DNA from: Monocercomonoides exilis PA203
Taxonomy: Eukaryota > Protista > Preaxostyla
Direction of reading: 5' to 3'
DNA: 64,000 nt
Assembly: GCA_001643675.2 (NCBI GenBank)
Contig: LSRY02000009.1
Coordinates: 558,001 to 622,000 of the forward strand
The notes beneath the pieces were generated by a model, which searched no databases, was not told the DNA's origin, and saw only the letters and a program-made list of their open reading frames with translations. The stretch's first letter is position 1. Every line of letters starts with the position of its first letter. This document shows, piece by piece, positions 14,401 through 26,485 of this stretch. A program made the translations under genes and the position numbers.

Positions 14401-17400
14401 GCTTGCAGCGACATCTGTGGCTGAACTGTCGAAGCTGATGACGAAGATGCAGTCGTTGATAGACAAGGCGAATGCAATGTGCCCTGGGATGACGAATCGC
14501 TGGGTGCTGTCTTGTTTGGATCAGCAGCTGGGGTCAATGTCGTCGTGCTGGTTGCTCAAGTTCAGTGGCGAAGGAGGCAACGGAATGAATGGAATGAATG
14601 GGGTGAGTGGGACGAGCGGGATAGGAGGAGAAGAGTTTGGAGACGACAGCTCGTGGCTGAGGCTGAACAGCGGGATGGGGGCGAATGTGGTGCATGGCGG
14701 CTTCTCCATCCAGCTGCAGCTGGAGCAGGCGAACAAGCTGAGTGAGCTCGCACAGGCACACTTGGCAATGGCCTTTACGCTTCTGTCAAGGAAAGTGGTG
14801 AACATTCAGCGGGTGATGGAGCATATTGTGATTGGCACGAAGAACGGGGACGAGGCGAAGAAGATGTACATGTCGATGCTGGAGATCAGTCCAGACAATC
14901 CGAACATCATCAGACAGCTGGGCATCCTCCTTCGAGATGTGCATATGAACAACGACATTGCAGCCCTGTTGTTTCACGAGGCAGATGCGCTGGAGGAGAA
15001 CCAGAACGACAGCGACACACTGATTGCAGACAATGTGCAGGAGATGATGCCTCATTCGCTGCTGCAGGACGGCACATGTCTGCTTGCAGGGGAAGAAGAG
15101 GCTGAAGAAGGAATGGGGAAAGGAGATGGAGTGGTGCAAGTGATGTCACACAGCTATTACACTGATGTGCATGAGATGAATGGAATGGAGCCGAATGAAG
15201 AGTCCATGGGCGAAAGTGTGTTGAACAACGATGGCAGACACAGATATGCAGGGAGGACTCTATACGATAGCAGAGATTATGGCAACCTCCACAACGAACT
15301 GCCACCGCCACAGTACAGCCACAAGGCAGGAAACAAGTCCAGATCCAAAGCACACCAGGCATCTGCCCTTTCAGCCATCAAACTGCGCGCTCAGCAGTCA
15401 GCAGTGCAGCCTTCTCGCCACAACACGATGATTCTGTCGACTGTGCTGCTGGCGTTCACTCTGGTGGCGTCGTGTGCCATCTTCTTCATCTGCTGCTTCA
15501 CAGAGCAGAGCGAGTTCGACAAATCGTCTGTGTCGGCTGCGAACATCCGACTGGGCGGGTCTGTGTTATACAGTGTGAACAAGGCGAATGAAAGGATCCA
15601 GCACATCCTGCTCATCAGCGATCCAGAGAAGTATTTGAATCCGACGCCGGATGAGATGAGGCAGATAGAAGAAGACAGGGCGATGTTGTTGGAGGTGTTT
15701 CTGGATATTGTGTCGAATTACTCAGAATTGTACATACATTCTGCAGAGATGCCCTTCTGGAAAGGGGAAAACGAGCATTATTTGCAACTGGACTTGGTAA
15801 AAGGGGATATCAACCACCACATCCGGCATGTGGCTGAACATCCGTTGTCATTGTTGTCACTCATTGCGTGGGGAAGCGATGCAATTGCGAACTTTGCGTT
15901 TGACCAAGGGAATGTGTTTGAGAACATCAAGGACTTTAAGTCGCTTTCTGGGCAGGTGGCGATGAATGTGCCGTTTACAATGACCGAATCGTTCAAGTCT
16001 GTGCTGAGCTGGAACAACGACCAAGTTATGAAGCGGTACAAAAGCATCACGACGATGGTAGATACATCACTCGTCACTCTGTTTGTGCTGCTTATTCTGT
16101 TTGGGATCAATCCGCTGATATTCAGCTCGCTGCAGCTGATACGGCAGAGGAAGACAGCAATGAAGAAACTGTGTTTTTTGAGTCAGGAGACCGTCATGCA
16201 GACACTGGAGAAGCTGACCAATGGGAACATAAGCAGCAACAAGAACAACAATAATAATAACAGCAACAAAGACGGTAAAGATGGTACAAACACAGAGAAC
16301 AATGATAATAACAATGATTCCAACCACAACAGCAACAACTCCAGCAGCTTGAAGCACTCTGGGTCTTCTGAAAACGTGCTCAAATCAAACAAATCTGGGC
16401 CACCCAGTGAATGCGAACTGGACGAAAAAGACGTTATTGACGATGGGATCAGTGGCAGTGTGCACAGACATGGAGGAGGTAATGGAGCAACCAGCCCCAA
16501 GCGCATGAGCGGCAGAGACGGAGGTTCAGACCATACACAAGACTCTTCATTTACCTCCCCAACGTCCTCTATCACGACGCTCAGTCTGTGTCCTTCGCCT
16601 TCTCCTGAGTCGTTTATGTCTCCCTCTCCCCATTCATATGCCAACCGCACCACTCCACACAAGGCCAAATCCAATCTGACTGGTCTGGGTGATTCCAGTG
16701 CCAATCTGGTGCCTTCACTTTCATTCACTCCTGTGTCGCAGCTGTCTCCACAGGCAAACTACGCTTCTCCTCTCCAATCAGCCCAGGGCACTTCTTCTTC
16801 CTCTACTTCATCCATTGCTGCCAACCTGATCCAGTCAACTTCTCCTCCGCCACAGGGAAATCTGTCTCCAACCGCCCATCCAACATCAATCTCTCCAGCG
16901 CTCAATTCTCCTCTTTCCAACCTCACTCGCTCTTCCTCCAACCTGGCATCTGTGCATTCCAGTGCCATTCTGCCCAATCCTGTGTTCCAGACTGGGCCAT
17001 ACCCTTACACAGCTGCTGGGAAGTTGGGCGATGCTCCGCCGATGTCAACCACGCCTTCGTTCAGACAGCTGCTGACTTCGCAACAGAAAGAGTCGCAGTC
17101 ATCTTTCGCATCTCAAGAACTGTCTCCACCACCCTCACTGTCACCAGCACACTCCCCAACATCGTCAATGAGCACGCTGCAGACATACATGAACAGCCAC
17201 GGATCGAAAGCGGATCTGCGGATTGGAGTGACACTTAGCAAACTGGCACATTCAAAGGGACAGAAAGGGAAAAGGAGACATCATCATCGGAGTGGGAAAA
17301 GTGGAGAATACAGTTCTGATTCGAGTGCAACTGACTCCACACGCATTGCCCATTCATCCTCTTCTTCACAGAAAAGCCTGCTGCACACGCCGATCAGTGC

Positions 17401-19057
17401 GTTTGAGGAAGAGGAGAGTGAAAAAAGCAGCAGCTCAGAGGGCAAGCATTCGATGATGGATGGGCAAGGGAACAGCCATGAAGGACACAAAAGAAGACAC
17501 AAACATCGATCGCGGATGCAGAAGTCGCGTGAAGAAGAAGCCGCAGAGGCCGAAAAGGAGCTTGCCGAAGAAAACGCGCGGCAGCTGGCTGCGAGGAAAG
17601 CCGACCTGGAGCAAGGGATCAGGCACTTGGGAGGCATCATCTCGAAGTCTGTGTATGTGCGGATGATGTTTGGGGCGCTGCTGTTTCTGATGGTGTCGAC
17701 TGTGTTTTTCCTGTTCTGCATTCTGTTTTCAGAGAATTTGCCAGAGCTGACAGCGAAGATCTTTGTGGTTGGCTATCTACGGACGCTGTGCATTCAGACA
17801 GCTGCGCTGACGACGATGTTTGTGTCTGGGGAGTACTACCCGCCGCTGAGCGATGCACAAATATTTGACTATCAGTCGTTTTCGTCTCCGGCTATTCTGA
17901 ACTCGACTTTTATTGCATCAAAGAACAACCTGCGATCGGTGATTGTGAATCTAGTGCTGCACATGTCGAAGGTGTTTGAGCGGTTTTTGAATGGCCACGA
18001 GTCAGGCACACTGACTGGAGATAGCATATTGGACAGCATCATCATCTCGAAAAGCCAAGGAACAGAAGAGTGGCTCGACAATGTGATCACAGGCGGGTCG
18101 ACTTCGAATGCTCTGAGCAGCGCAATGGCTAACAGCGCAGACGACATGATAGAGGCCACAAGGAACATTGGCTTGGACGAGCTGATGGGGCGGTTTGTGG
18201 ACTCTGTAAATGAGCTGGCGTACACACGCGACGATGAGCTTAATGTGAACAATGCGAAGTATCGGTACGTAATCGTCACTGCCTCGGGACCTATTATGGA
18301 CAAGTGCACAACAATCATCACGCGGTTTGAGGAGCAGCTGGACACGTTCACAAGCCAGGCAGTGCTGAAGCTGTATGTCATATTCATAGCTGTGTTTGTA
18401 GTGGACATTCTGATTGTCAGTGTGTTTGTTCTTCCAGTCCCCTTCAAGTTCATCAACATCTCCAAGTCTACTACTCTTTTGTACCAGTTTGTGGAGGCGC
18501 AGACATCGAGTATCCAGTGGAAAGACGATTTCTTGACTGGCCTCCCTGTGATTGACGATATGCACAAGGAGATGCTGGAGCAGTGCAACACGCTGCAGAA
18601 GTACAGGAGAGAGGACATGTCAAACAACAAGCTGCTGTCTGCGGTTGATCAACTGTTGATCTCCTTTGCTACACATTGTGCTGTTGAGGAGAACGTGATG
18701 AGTGAATACAACATTCCAAGCAATGTGGTGAAGCAGCACAGATCTGCGCATTTTATTGTGTATCGAGGATTGTTTAAGTTGTATGAGGAAGCAGAACAAG
18801 GAAAGATGACACCGCATCAGATAGACACAGCCATCTCAAACATCATCCACGAAGACATTGGCAATGCGGATCTAACATTGGCGCCATTGCTGCAAATAAA
18901 GATGTCGAAAAGAGAAGCAGAGAAGCACGTTTCTTTGGATAGGTTGCAGATGCCTGGCTCTCTTGTTGCTTTTCTTGATGGGCCAGATGGGAGCCTTTCA
19001 AACCAAGCGAGATTTAAAAAGTTTTTGAAACGGATTAATCAGAATGTAAAGTTTTAA
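11415..19057 (+). CDS. Large multi-pass membrane protein, TmcB/TmcC-like (N-terminal TM bundle, TPR-like segment, further TM pairs) with C-terminal hemerythrin domain
   Basis: ATG 11415 followed by small exons and three short introns up to ~11864; hydrophobic helices 11650-12630; TPR-like AKKMYMSMLEISPDNPNIIRQLGILLRDV...AALLFHEADALEE; TM segments near 15430, 16070, 17660 and 18370; hemerythrin motifs at 18512-18890. A +1 frameshift in the T-run at ~12194-12201 joins ORF 11899-12234 to ORF 12200-19057. Confidence 0.8.
18512..18890 (+). other. Hemerythrin (bacteriohemerythrin-like) di-iron domain within the membrane protein
   Basis: IQWKDDFLTGLPVIDDMHKEM...THCAVEENVM...QHRSAH...IHEDIGNAD matches the W..(F/Y)..G...ID..H / HxxxEE / HxxxH / (H)xxxxD pattern. 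Confidence 0.85.
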
Positions 19058-20044
19058 GTTCAGTAGATAATTTGTTAATCCACTTTTCTTTACTTTTTAT
19101 TTTCTTTTTTTAAAGCATTATCTTGTTGTTTTGAATTAATTTTTGGTTTTATAATTTTTGGTTTTATTTGACGTTTTTATTTCACATATGTTAAAGTAAA
19201 TTATTTGTATATCACGTTTCTTTGAATTATTCACTTCATAATTATCTGATAATTCTTTTCTTCGCAATTATTTTGCTGTGCTTCACAGTTTATATTTATT
19301 GAAGTTAGCATATGTTAAAAATTTACATTGAAATTATAGATAATGTATTCCATCTTGTATGTAAGTTGAGATATTTTTATTTAATCAGCTTTGTTAATTC
19401 CTTCCTCGTGTTTTTCTATGCATATAGTATTTTTTATAGTTTTAGCAACTTAATTGACTTTTTTGATATTTTCAAGCATTCATTCAAATAGTCTTTATTT
19501 ATTTAGTTTTCTTTAATCGGAGAACGTCATACATTTAATTAGCATTTAAGTTACAATCTTCATGTTTTTGTGATATATGTATTTTCGTACCGTTTGGATA
19601 TGTTTTTAAGAATTCGAAATTTATTCCTTTCTTTCTTTCTTTTCTTTTCTTTTCTTTTTAAATTGAGCATGGATCTGTGTTTATTACATTGGATTTAAGT
19701 TTGCATTACATACAATAAATATTTGTTTTATATTTGTAATGCAAAGAAAGAAAGAAAGATATTCATTTAATTTTTTAATGTCTGGAACAGATATCTTCTT
19801 GAAAATTCAAAATATAAAGCACAAAAATTACCTTAAAGGTTTAGTAATTCTATGTTTGAAATATGGGGCAAAATTTTTGCAAATATGAAAAAAACTGAGA
19901 TTTGATCCAAACTTTTTCAACAATCTTTCCATTATAAATCAACCTAAACTATGCAAATAATTACAGAAAAATTATAAGGTTGAGAAAAATATTTATCAGA
20001 GAAGAATGGAACAAAATTCATGAAGCAAAAAATATTGCACCACT

Positions 20045-21478
20045 TGATGGTTTTTTATCAGGACATTTTTTTATCCGGACAAAAATTTAAAATTTAAATA
20101 TCTCAACAAATATTAAATATTAATTTCCAGCAATTTGCACAGTTGTATGTTAGCATATATGACATCGATTCATACACGATTTTTTAATAGCAGTGATATA
20201 TTTTTTTTGAAATAAATAATTTTTATTTTTGAAAATCCGACTTTTGAAGAATTTTTTTATTTCAATAAAATGATTCAATTTATCCTATATGTTTAAAACT
20301 TATTTTTTCCATGATATAAACATTTCTGGTTATTTTTTATTTTCGGCAATTTGCTCGTTTGGAATGAATGGAAATTTGTCATTTTTGAAAAATCATCTTC
20401 AATGGGATTACAGATATCGCATAAAATACCGGACAAGATCAATTTCATAAAAACTGCAAGAGTAATAATTCTGACAATTTTCCTCAAAATATATCTCATC
20501 AATACAAATTCTTTTGGCATATCAAACTTCCATTTTCATGAAGACTGAATATAGAAAAAATTATTATTTGAAATTTCGGAGAAATAGGATTTTGAGTTTC
20601 TCCGAGATTTCGATATTTTTTTTTCTGAGCACAAACGAGAAAGTTTTGTGAGTCTCGTTTATTAACTGAGTTTGTATTGATGAGATATATTTTGAGGAAA
20701 ATTAACAGATTTTCTCTTTGAGTGGTTATTGAGAAAACGATCTTGTCCGGTATTTTGTGCGATGTCCGGTATTTTATGCGATATCTGTACAGAAAAAAAA
20801 TTTTTTGCAAAACACAAAAACATCCAAGTGAATTTAACACATGCAATAATAAATATGATTGTTATCTAAAATTACCACAAAGTTATTATAAAATAGTTCT
20901 GTTAAGATTTTATAAATGCAATTTGTTTTTTCTATTGATGATTTTGAGTTCATTATTTTTAAAATTTGAATAATAATAATTTCATGGAATCTTCACTGAA
21001 CCATTTTTAATTATAACTTTGTGGCAATTTTAGATAACTATCATATTTATTGATGCATGTGTTAAAATCACTTGGATGTTTTTGTGTTTTGCAAAAAATA
21101 TTTTTTAAGTTATCCCATTGACCGTGATTTTTTGAAAATGACAGATTTTCATTCCGTTAGAAAAAGCAAATAGCCGAAAATGAAAAATAACCCGAGCAGT
21201 TTGCAACAAAGAAAAAATAAGTTGTGTATATAAAAGATAAATTGAATCGTGATATTAAAATAGAAAAATTCTTCAAAAGTCAGATTTTCAAAAATAAAAA
21301 TTATTTATTTCAAAAATTATACAACACTGCTATTAAAATTTTGCAAATAAATAGATCTCACGTATGTTTGTATACAGCTTTGCAAATTAATGTTAATTAA
21401 TATTGAATATTTGTTGAGATATTTTATTTTTCATATTTTGTCAGGATAAAAAACAATGTCCGGATAAAAAAACCACCC
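20045..21478. mobile_element. Non-autonomous foldback MITE of the pogo-like family at 42013-44049, containing a nested MITE
   Basis: Termini (T)GATGGTTTTTTATCAGGACATTTTTTTATCCGGACAAAAA ... TGTCCGGATAAAAAAACCACCC-TA match the transposon TIR. Left arm 20045-20410 plus 20790-~20915 is the reverse complement of ~20980-21478. Confidence 0.9.
20411..20787. mobile_element. TA-flanked MITE (family 2), nested in the foldback element
   Basis: TA|CAGATATCGCATAAAATACCGGACA ... TGTCCGGTATTTTATGCGATATCTG|TA with ~100-bp inverted arms; a second copy lies at 62799-63197. Confidence 0.9.
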
Positions 21479-21496
21479 TATGTGAATTCAATTTGA

Positions 21497-22930
21497 ATGC
21501 AAAATGCTGCACTTTCTGGTTCATTATTTTTGAAAAAATCCAGGAGAACAATAGTACAAAAAAGTTCACTGGTTTGCGGGGATTGTTATGATGAATTTTT
21601 TGATGATTGCTATTTTTCCATTTTCATTGTTTTTGAAGAATTGTTTTCTGAGCTTGGAGATTGCGACGAGGATGAGCAGAAACAGAAAATCATTGAAATG
21701 AATGAACAGGCGGAAAAAATGGATAGAAATGAATTCAATTTTTTTTTCAGAATCAAACCGTTCGACAAAATTCATAAAATGATTGATGAAAAGAAAATAA
21801 ATATTGGAAATATCATTCTGCTGCTGAAGCACATTGGATACTGTAAAACATTAAAGCGCACAAGCAACTCAAATTTTGAGCATTCTTCTTTGGGCAAAAG
21901 ATTTGAGGAGATGATTGTTGAAGAATACAAGAAAAAGGAGGAAAGGGATGAAAGACTGCTGGCTGACCTTTGCGAATGCTATCTTTTGCTTAATGGTAGG
22001 GTTTCACTCGAATTACTTTCGATCTGCGCATCATGCATTCTGAAAGTCGCTTTGAACAAAGAGGAAAACGAGAAAGTTCAAAAGGAAGTGGAAATGGCTT
22101 TGCTTGCCTCGAATTGCTTCGGATATCATGTATGAGTGTTTTCGCTTTCTTTTTGTTATTTTTTTAAATAGAAAATAGAAAAAAAACTGTATTTGAACGA
22201 AATGACAGAAATAATCCATTATCACCAGGAACATCACAATTTGACGCGACTTGCGTATCAGTCGGCTTGGAAGTTTTTAATTGACAGATTACTCAACGAC
22301 AGATACTTGGAAGAAGTTTTTGTGAATGAGCTGCATTTCGTGAGAGAGGCAAGAAGTGAATTGGATGAGCTTTCGAAATGCATTGATTGGAAGGCAAAGG
22401 AAGAAGGAGGAGGAAGAAAAGAAAAGAAAGAGATGGATATAATATTGGGTTGGCTGCAAATATTGGAATTTTTCTTCAGTTTGTGCCAGTTGTGGAATGA
22501 AGAGTTTGCCGAACTTGTCAGCAGCATTGTTCAGGTGTTTCGAGCAGCGAAAGATAATTACGGAGAAATTAACGATCAGTGCGTTCATTTATTGATACTT
22601 ACAGAGGACAAAAGGGGTGTGAAAGACTTACTGAATGGGGGAGCAGTTGATGCTTTTATGGAGGAAATTATTCAATCAACGTTGAAAGATGGAAGAGTTT
22701 GGGATTTGTTGGTATTTTTTGATTTGATTTCATGTCGATTGAAAAGGAAGAAAGGTGATGAAAAGGAAGAAGCTAAAAGAAAGTTGATGAAAATGGAGAT
22801 ATTTGGCAAGATGGAAGAAGAAGGATACGAAGACATCATCACAAGCTTCTCTGAAGTGATAGATTTTTTTTACAGAAAACATTATCATGACATATCATTG
22901 AATATTTCAGATTATTTTGTGAATATTTGA
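21497..22930 (+). CDS. Lineage-specific multicopy helical (ARM-like) protein, copy 1; start uncertain
   Basis: Introns 21572-21638 and 22130-22171 join the ORFs in frame. Motifs ELFSELGDCDEDEQKQKI, LLLKHIGYCK, DLCECYLLL, HHNLTRLAYQSAW and KMEEEGYED are shared with copies 2 and 3. The ATG of copy 3 (ATGCAGGAA) is ATCCAGGAG here. Confidence 0.75.
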
Positions 22931-23347
22931 GAAATTACATTGATTTTTGCGAATCAAAAATTCTTTCTTTATATTTTCTCATTTATTGATTTTGCAAGCA
23001 TTTGAACCCTTTTTTTTTGTCAGTTTTCAACTTGTTTCTTTGAAAAGCAACAAAGCAAATAAAGAAAGAAGGAAAGAAGGAATCACAAATGGTTGTTTTA
23101 AATATTTAGTATTCTTGAAGAAGAGGGAAAAAAGTTGAAATATGCCTGGAAGAAATCAAAAAAACTCTGCTTTATTGAATCTGAAATGTGAAAAAAAAAA
23201 AAAAATCAAATTCAGAAGTAGAATAAAGTTGCATTTTGAAAAAAAGAAAATAAACTTTTCTTGAAAACAGAAAAAAGAACAAGTATTTTGTTCAAATCAA
23301 ATGAAGTTCAAAGACAAAAACACAAGATGAATCAAAAAGCCAACGGG

Positions 23348-24781
23348 TCAGCAATAAACAAGATAATCATCAAAGTCTGGAACCAAATATAAGTCAAATA
23401 TTGGATCTTCAAACTTGCAACAGTGCAGCCCGATGATGCAATCTTCGTATCCTTCTTCCTCTAACTTATCAAGCACTTTTCTTTTCAACTCTTTTCTTTT
23501 CGCTTTATCGCTTTCTATTTCTCTTTCGCTTCTCAATCTTTCGCAAAGGATCTTGAAAAAATTCAAACAATCCGAAGTTTGTTCATCGAACACATGCGAT
23601 TGAGCAACCACCTCCAAAACAAAGTCAGCAGCCCCACTGCTCAAAAAGTCATCAACTTTCAAGGCTCTATTTCTCGCTGCTGTGCTCAATGAATCAATAC
23701 ATTTCTTGTAAATTCTTTTATAATTCTCCTTTGAAGCTCGAAGAACTCCCATAATACTGCCAATAAGTCCAAAATGCTCTTCATTTCGCAATCCGTATGA
23801 GAAAAAATATGACCCCAATATCGTCAACCATCTAATAATTATGACCATTTCTTTCCTTTCTTTTTCTCCTTCCTCCCCTCCTTTTCTCTTCCAGTCGATA
23901 CATTTCGACAGTTCTTCAAGTTCTCTTCTGGCTTCTCTCGCGAAATGCAGCTCACCCACAACTATATCTTTCAAGCTTTCGTCTCTACAAAATCTGCAAT
24001 ACAAAAAATGCCAAGCAGATTGATAGGCAAGCCGAGTCAGATTGTGGTGTTCCTGATGATACAGGATAATCTCTTGGATTTCATTCAAATACAGCTTTTT
24101 ATCCACAAACTAATAAGAAAAAAATGATTAAAAGCAAATACATAAAAAAGAAAGTGAAAATGAACATACGAAGTATCTTTCGTATATGTTGCTCAATGCC
24201 AGCAAAGCTATTTCCTTTTCCTCTTGAGTCTCTTCACTTTCCTCTTTGTTCGATGCAACTTTTAGAAGGCTGGGAATGCAAACTGAAAATAATTCCGAAT
24301 CAAACCGGTCGTTCAGCAAAAGATAGCATTCGCAAAGATTGGCAAGAAAATTTTCATTCATTCTTTCGTTTTTCTCATTTCCATCTTCAATCATCTTTAC
24401 CAATCTTTTGCTCAGCGGAGATTCTTCAAAATGAAGATACCAAACATTTTTCATCACTTTGCAATATCCAATGTGCTTTAGCAGTATGAATGCATTTTCC
24501 AAAGAAATTTTCTTTTCTTCAACCATATTGTGAATATTATCATACATCTCGATCATGAAAACAGATTTAAATTCTTCTTCGACCATTCCATCAATTATTA
24601 CATGCAGCTCTTCTATCTTTTGTTTCCGATCAATTTCGGTGCAATCTTCCAGTTCAGAAAATAATTCTTCAATAAAAAAGATAAAAATAGTAACAATCAT
24701 GAATTCAAATACAACAACAATTACAGACCTATAACTCTTTTTGATATGTGATTCAGCTGCTTTTTCAAAAATGCATTGCAA
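23348..24781 (-). CDS. Same multicopy helical family, copy 2
   Basis: ORFs 24128-24781 and 23348-24106 carry the same motifs and have introns at equivalent positions. Confidence 0.75.
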
Positions 24782-24789
24782 TCAGAAAA

Positions 24790-25990
24790 CATATTCATTT
24801 TGCCATTTACATTGAATTCGCATATGTTTGGATAAATGAAATAGATGAATTATAAAAACTCAAAAATTGCCTTTAAAATATGTGCGTTCACACCGTTTCT
24901 TCTTGTGTTTGCATCTTTGGCTATGTATAAAGAAGAGAAACAACGCTTTATTTCTTATTCGGTTTGCTATTATGGAGGTTATGATCGAATTGTTTTCTTT
25001 AAACGAGAATATTCCTTGTTAAAATGAAAGATTGAGCAAAAATTCTCTGTTTTAGACTTTATTCAATTAATTCCGGTGACTTTGCGCTTCCGTGATGATA
25101 ATACATTCGTTTTGGTTTATTGACGTGTTGTTTTTCACATTTGAGCGGTCAAGCAATCTCAACATAAAAGTTATTAAACGTTTAAAACTTATTGTTTTCA
25201 TTCTTTTATTGTCCTATTCATTTTGAAGATGTTTCCATTTGAATCCTTTTCAAAGTCCGGAAATATCACGAATTATTGAAATGGCCAATTCTTTCTTTTC
25301 GGGGCAGATAACAATGGAGAGAGCCAAATATTTCCTTACAAACATCATGCATTTGATTCTGGTTGGTTTTTTACTTACAAAAATATTCACCTATTATTGT
25401 TGACTCAAAGCGAAATATGTGGAAATACAATGAAAAACAAATGTTAATTGAGGGGAAATTTACAGGATTGAAAGATACCAAAGACAGAAAGAAAGAATGG
25501 CCAGTTTCTATGAAAAGGGAGCACCTTTTGAAGATGGAGAGGGTATTATCAAAAAAAATTTTGATTAGAGAGATTGGAACAAATGACTGAAACAGGAGAT
25601 TGGCAGAAGTTGGATCAGAACAAGGCGACTTTCTTGGGATGAGAAGGGCAAGGCGTTGATTTTATGGGCTGGGAAGAGCAATGGAACTGCTTTTCATTGC
25701 TTGGCTGAAGAGCCAAAAATTCGAGAAAATCAGGCAGTTTGGCTTCAAACAAGTGGCCGAGATAAATGACAGGCAAAATGGATAATAGTCCTTTGTCCTT
25801 TGTCTTCAGCCTTATATCATCGAAGCGTTATCCACACGAGCAGAAAATGAGGTTGCGATGTTGAGGATACATTCTGTTGGAAGACATCCAACATTTAAGA
25901 TTTCATTGGCCACTTCTTCATCACCTTTTTCAAAGCCTTCACCGTCTTCTTCATCATCATTGTTTGCATGTACACCTCCTCAACAAATAA
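24790..25990 (-). pseudogene. Degraded sequence co-duplicated with the helical-family gene (paralogous to 28120-28870)
   Basis: Shared blocks such as ACATTGAATTCGCATATG, TTGAAATGGCCAAT and GAGCAGAAAATGAGGTTG occur in both copies; the minus frame is stop-riddled (e.g. ILNIATSFSA vs VLNITTSFSA). Confidence 0.5.
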
Positions 25991-26485
25991 AATTATAAAT
26001 TTATTATATCTTGTCCATTATCTTCCTCTTCTTCTTCTTTTTCTTCTTCTTTTTCTTCTATATCACCTTCTTCTTTTTCTTTGTTTCTTTTCTTTTTCTT
26101 TTCTTTTCTTTTCTTTTTCTTTTTAATTTTTTGCTCCATTTCAAAATTTTTTAAAAAAATGGCTTTTGAAATTAGGTTCAAATGAATGTTTGTTTTTTAG
26201 ATTTTGTGAAATGATGAAAAATAAAGCTGTAAAACTCATTTTATGCTTGCCGAATCGTGATATGAAGCTGAAAGAAAAATACATAATATTTTTGATTTAC
26301 AGAATAAATAACATCTCATTTCCTCAAACATTTACAGAACAATCTGGAAAATTATTAGATAATCGATTAAAAAACTTTTTTTCAATTTAATAAAGAATAC
26401 ATATCCAAAGTTTTGAAGAATCATTAACCAATGGGAAAAAAAATATTTCATTTTTGAACTACAAAATATGAAACGCACAATTTCT

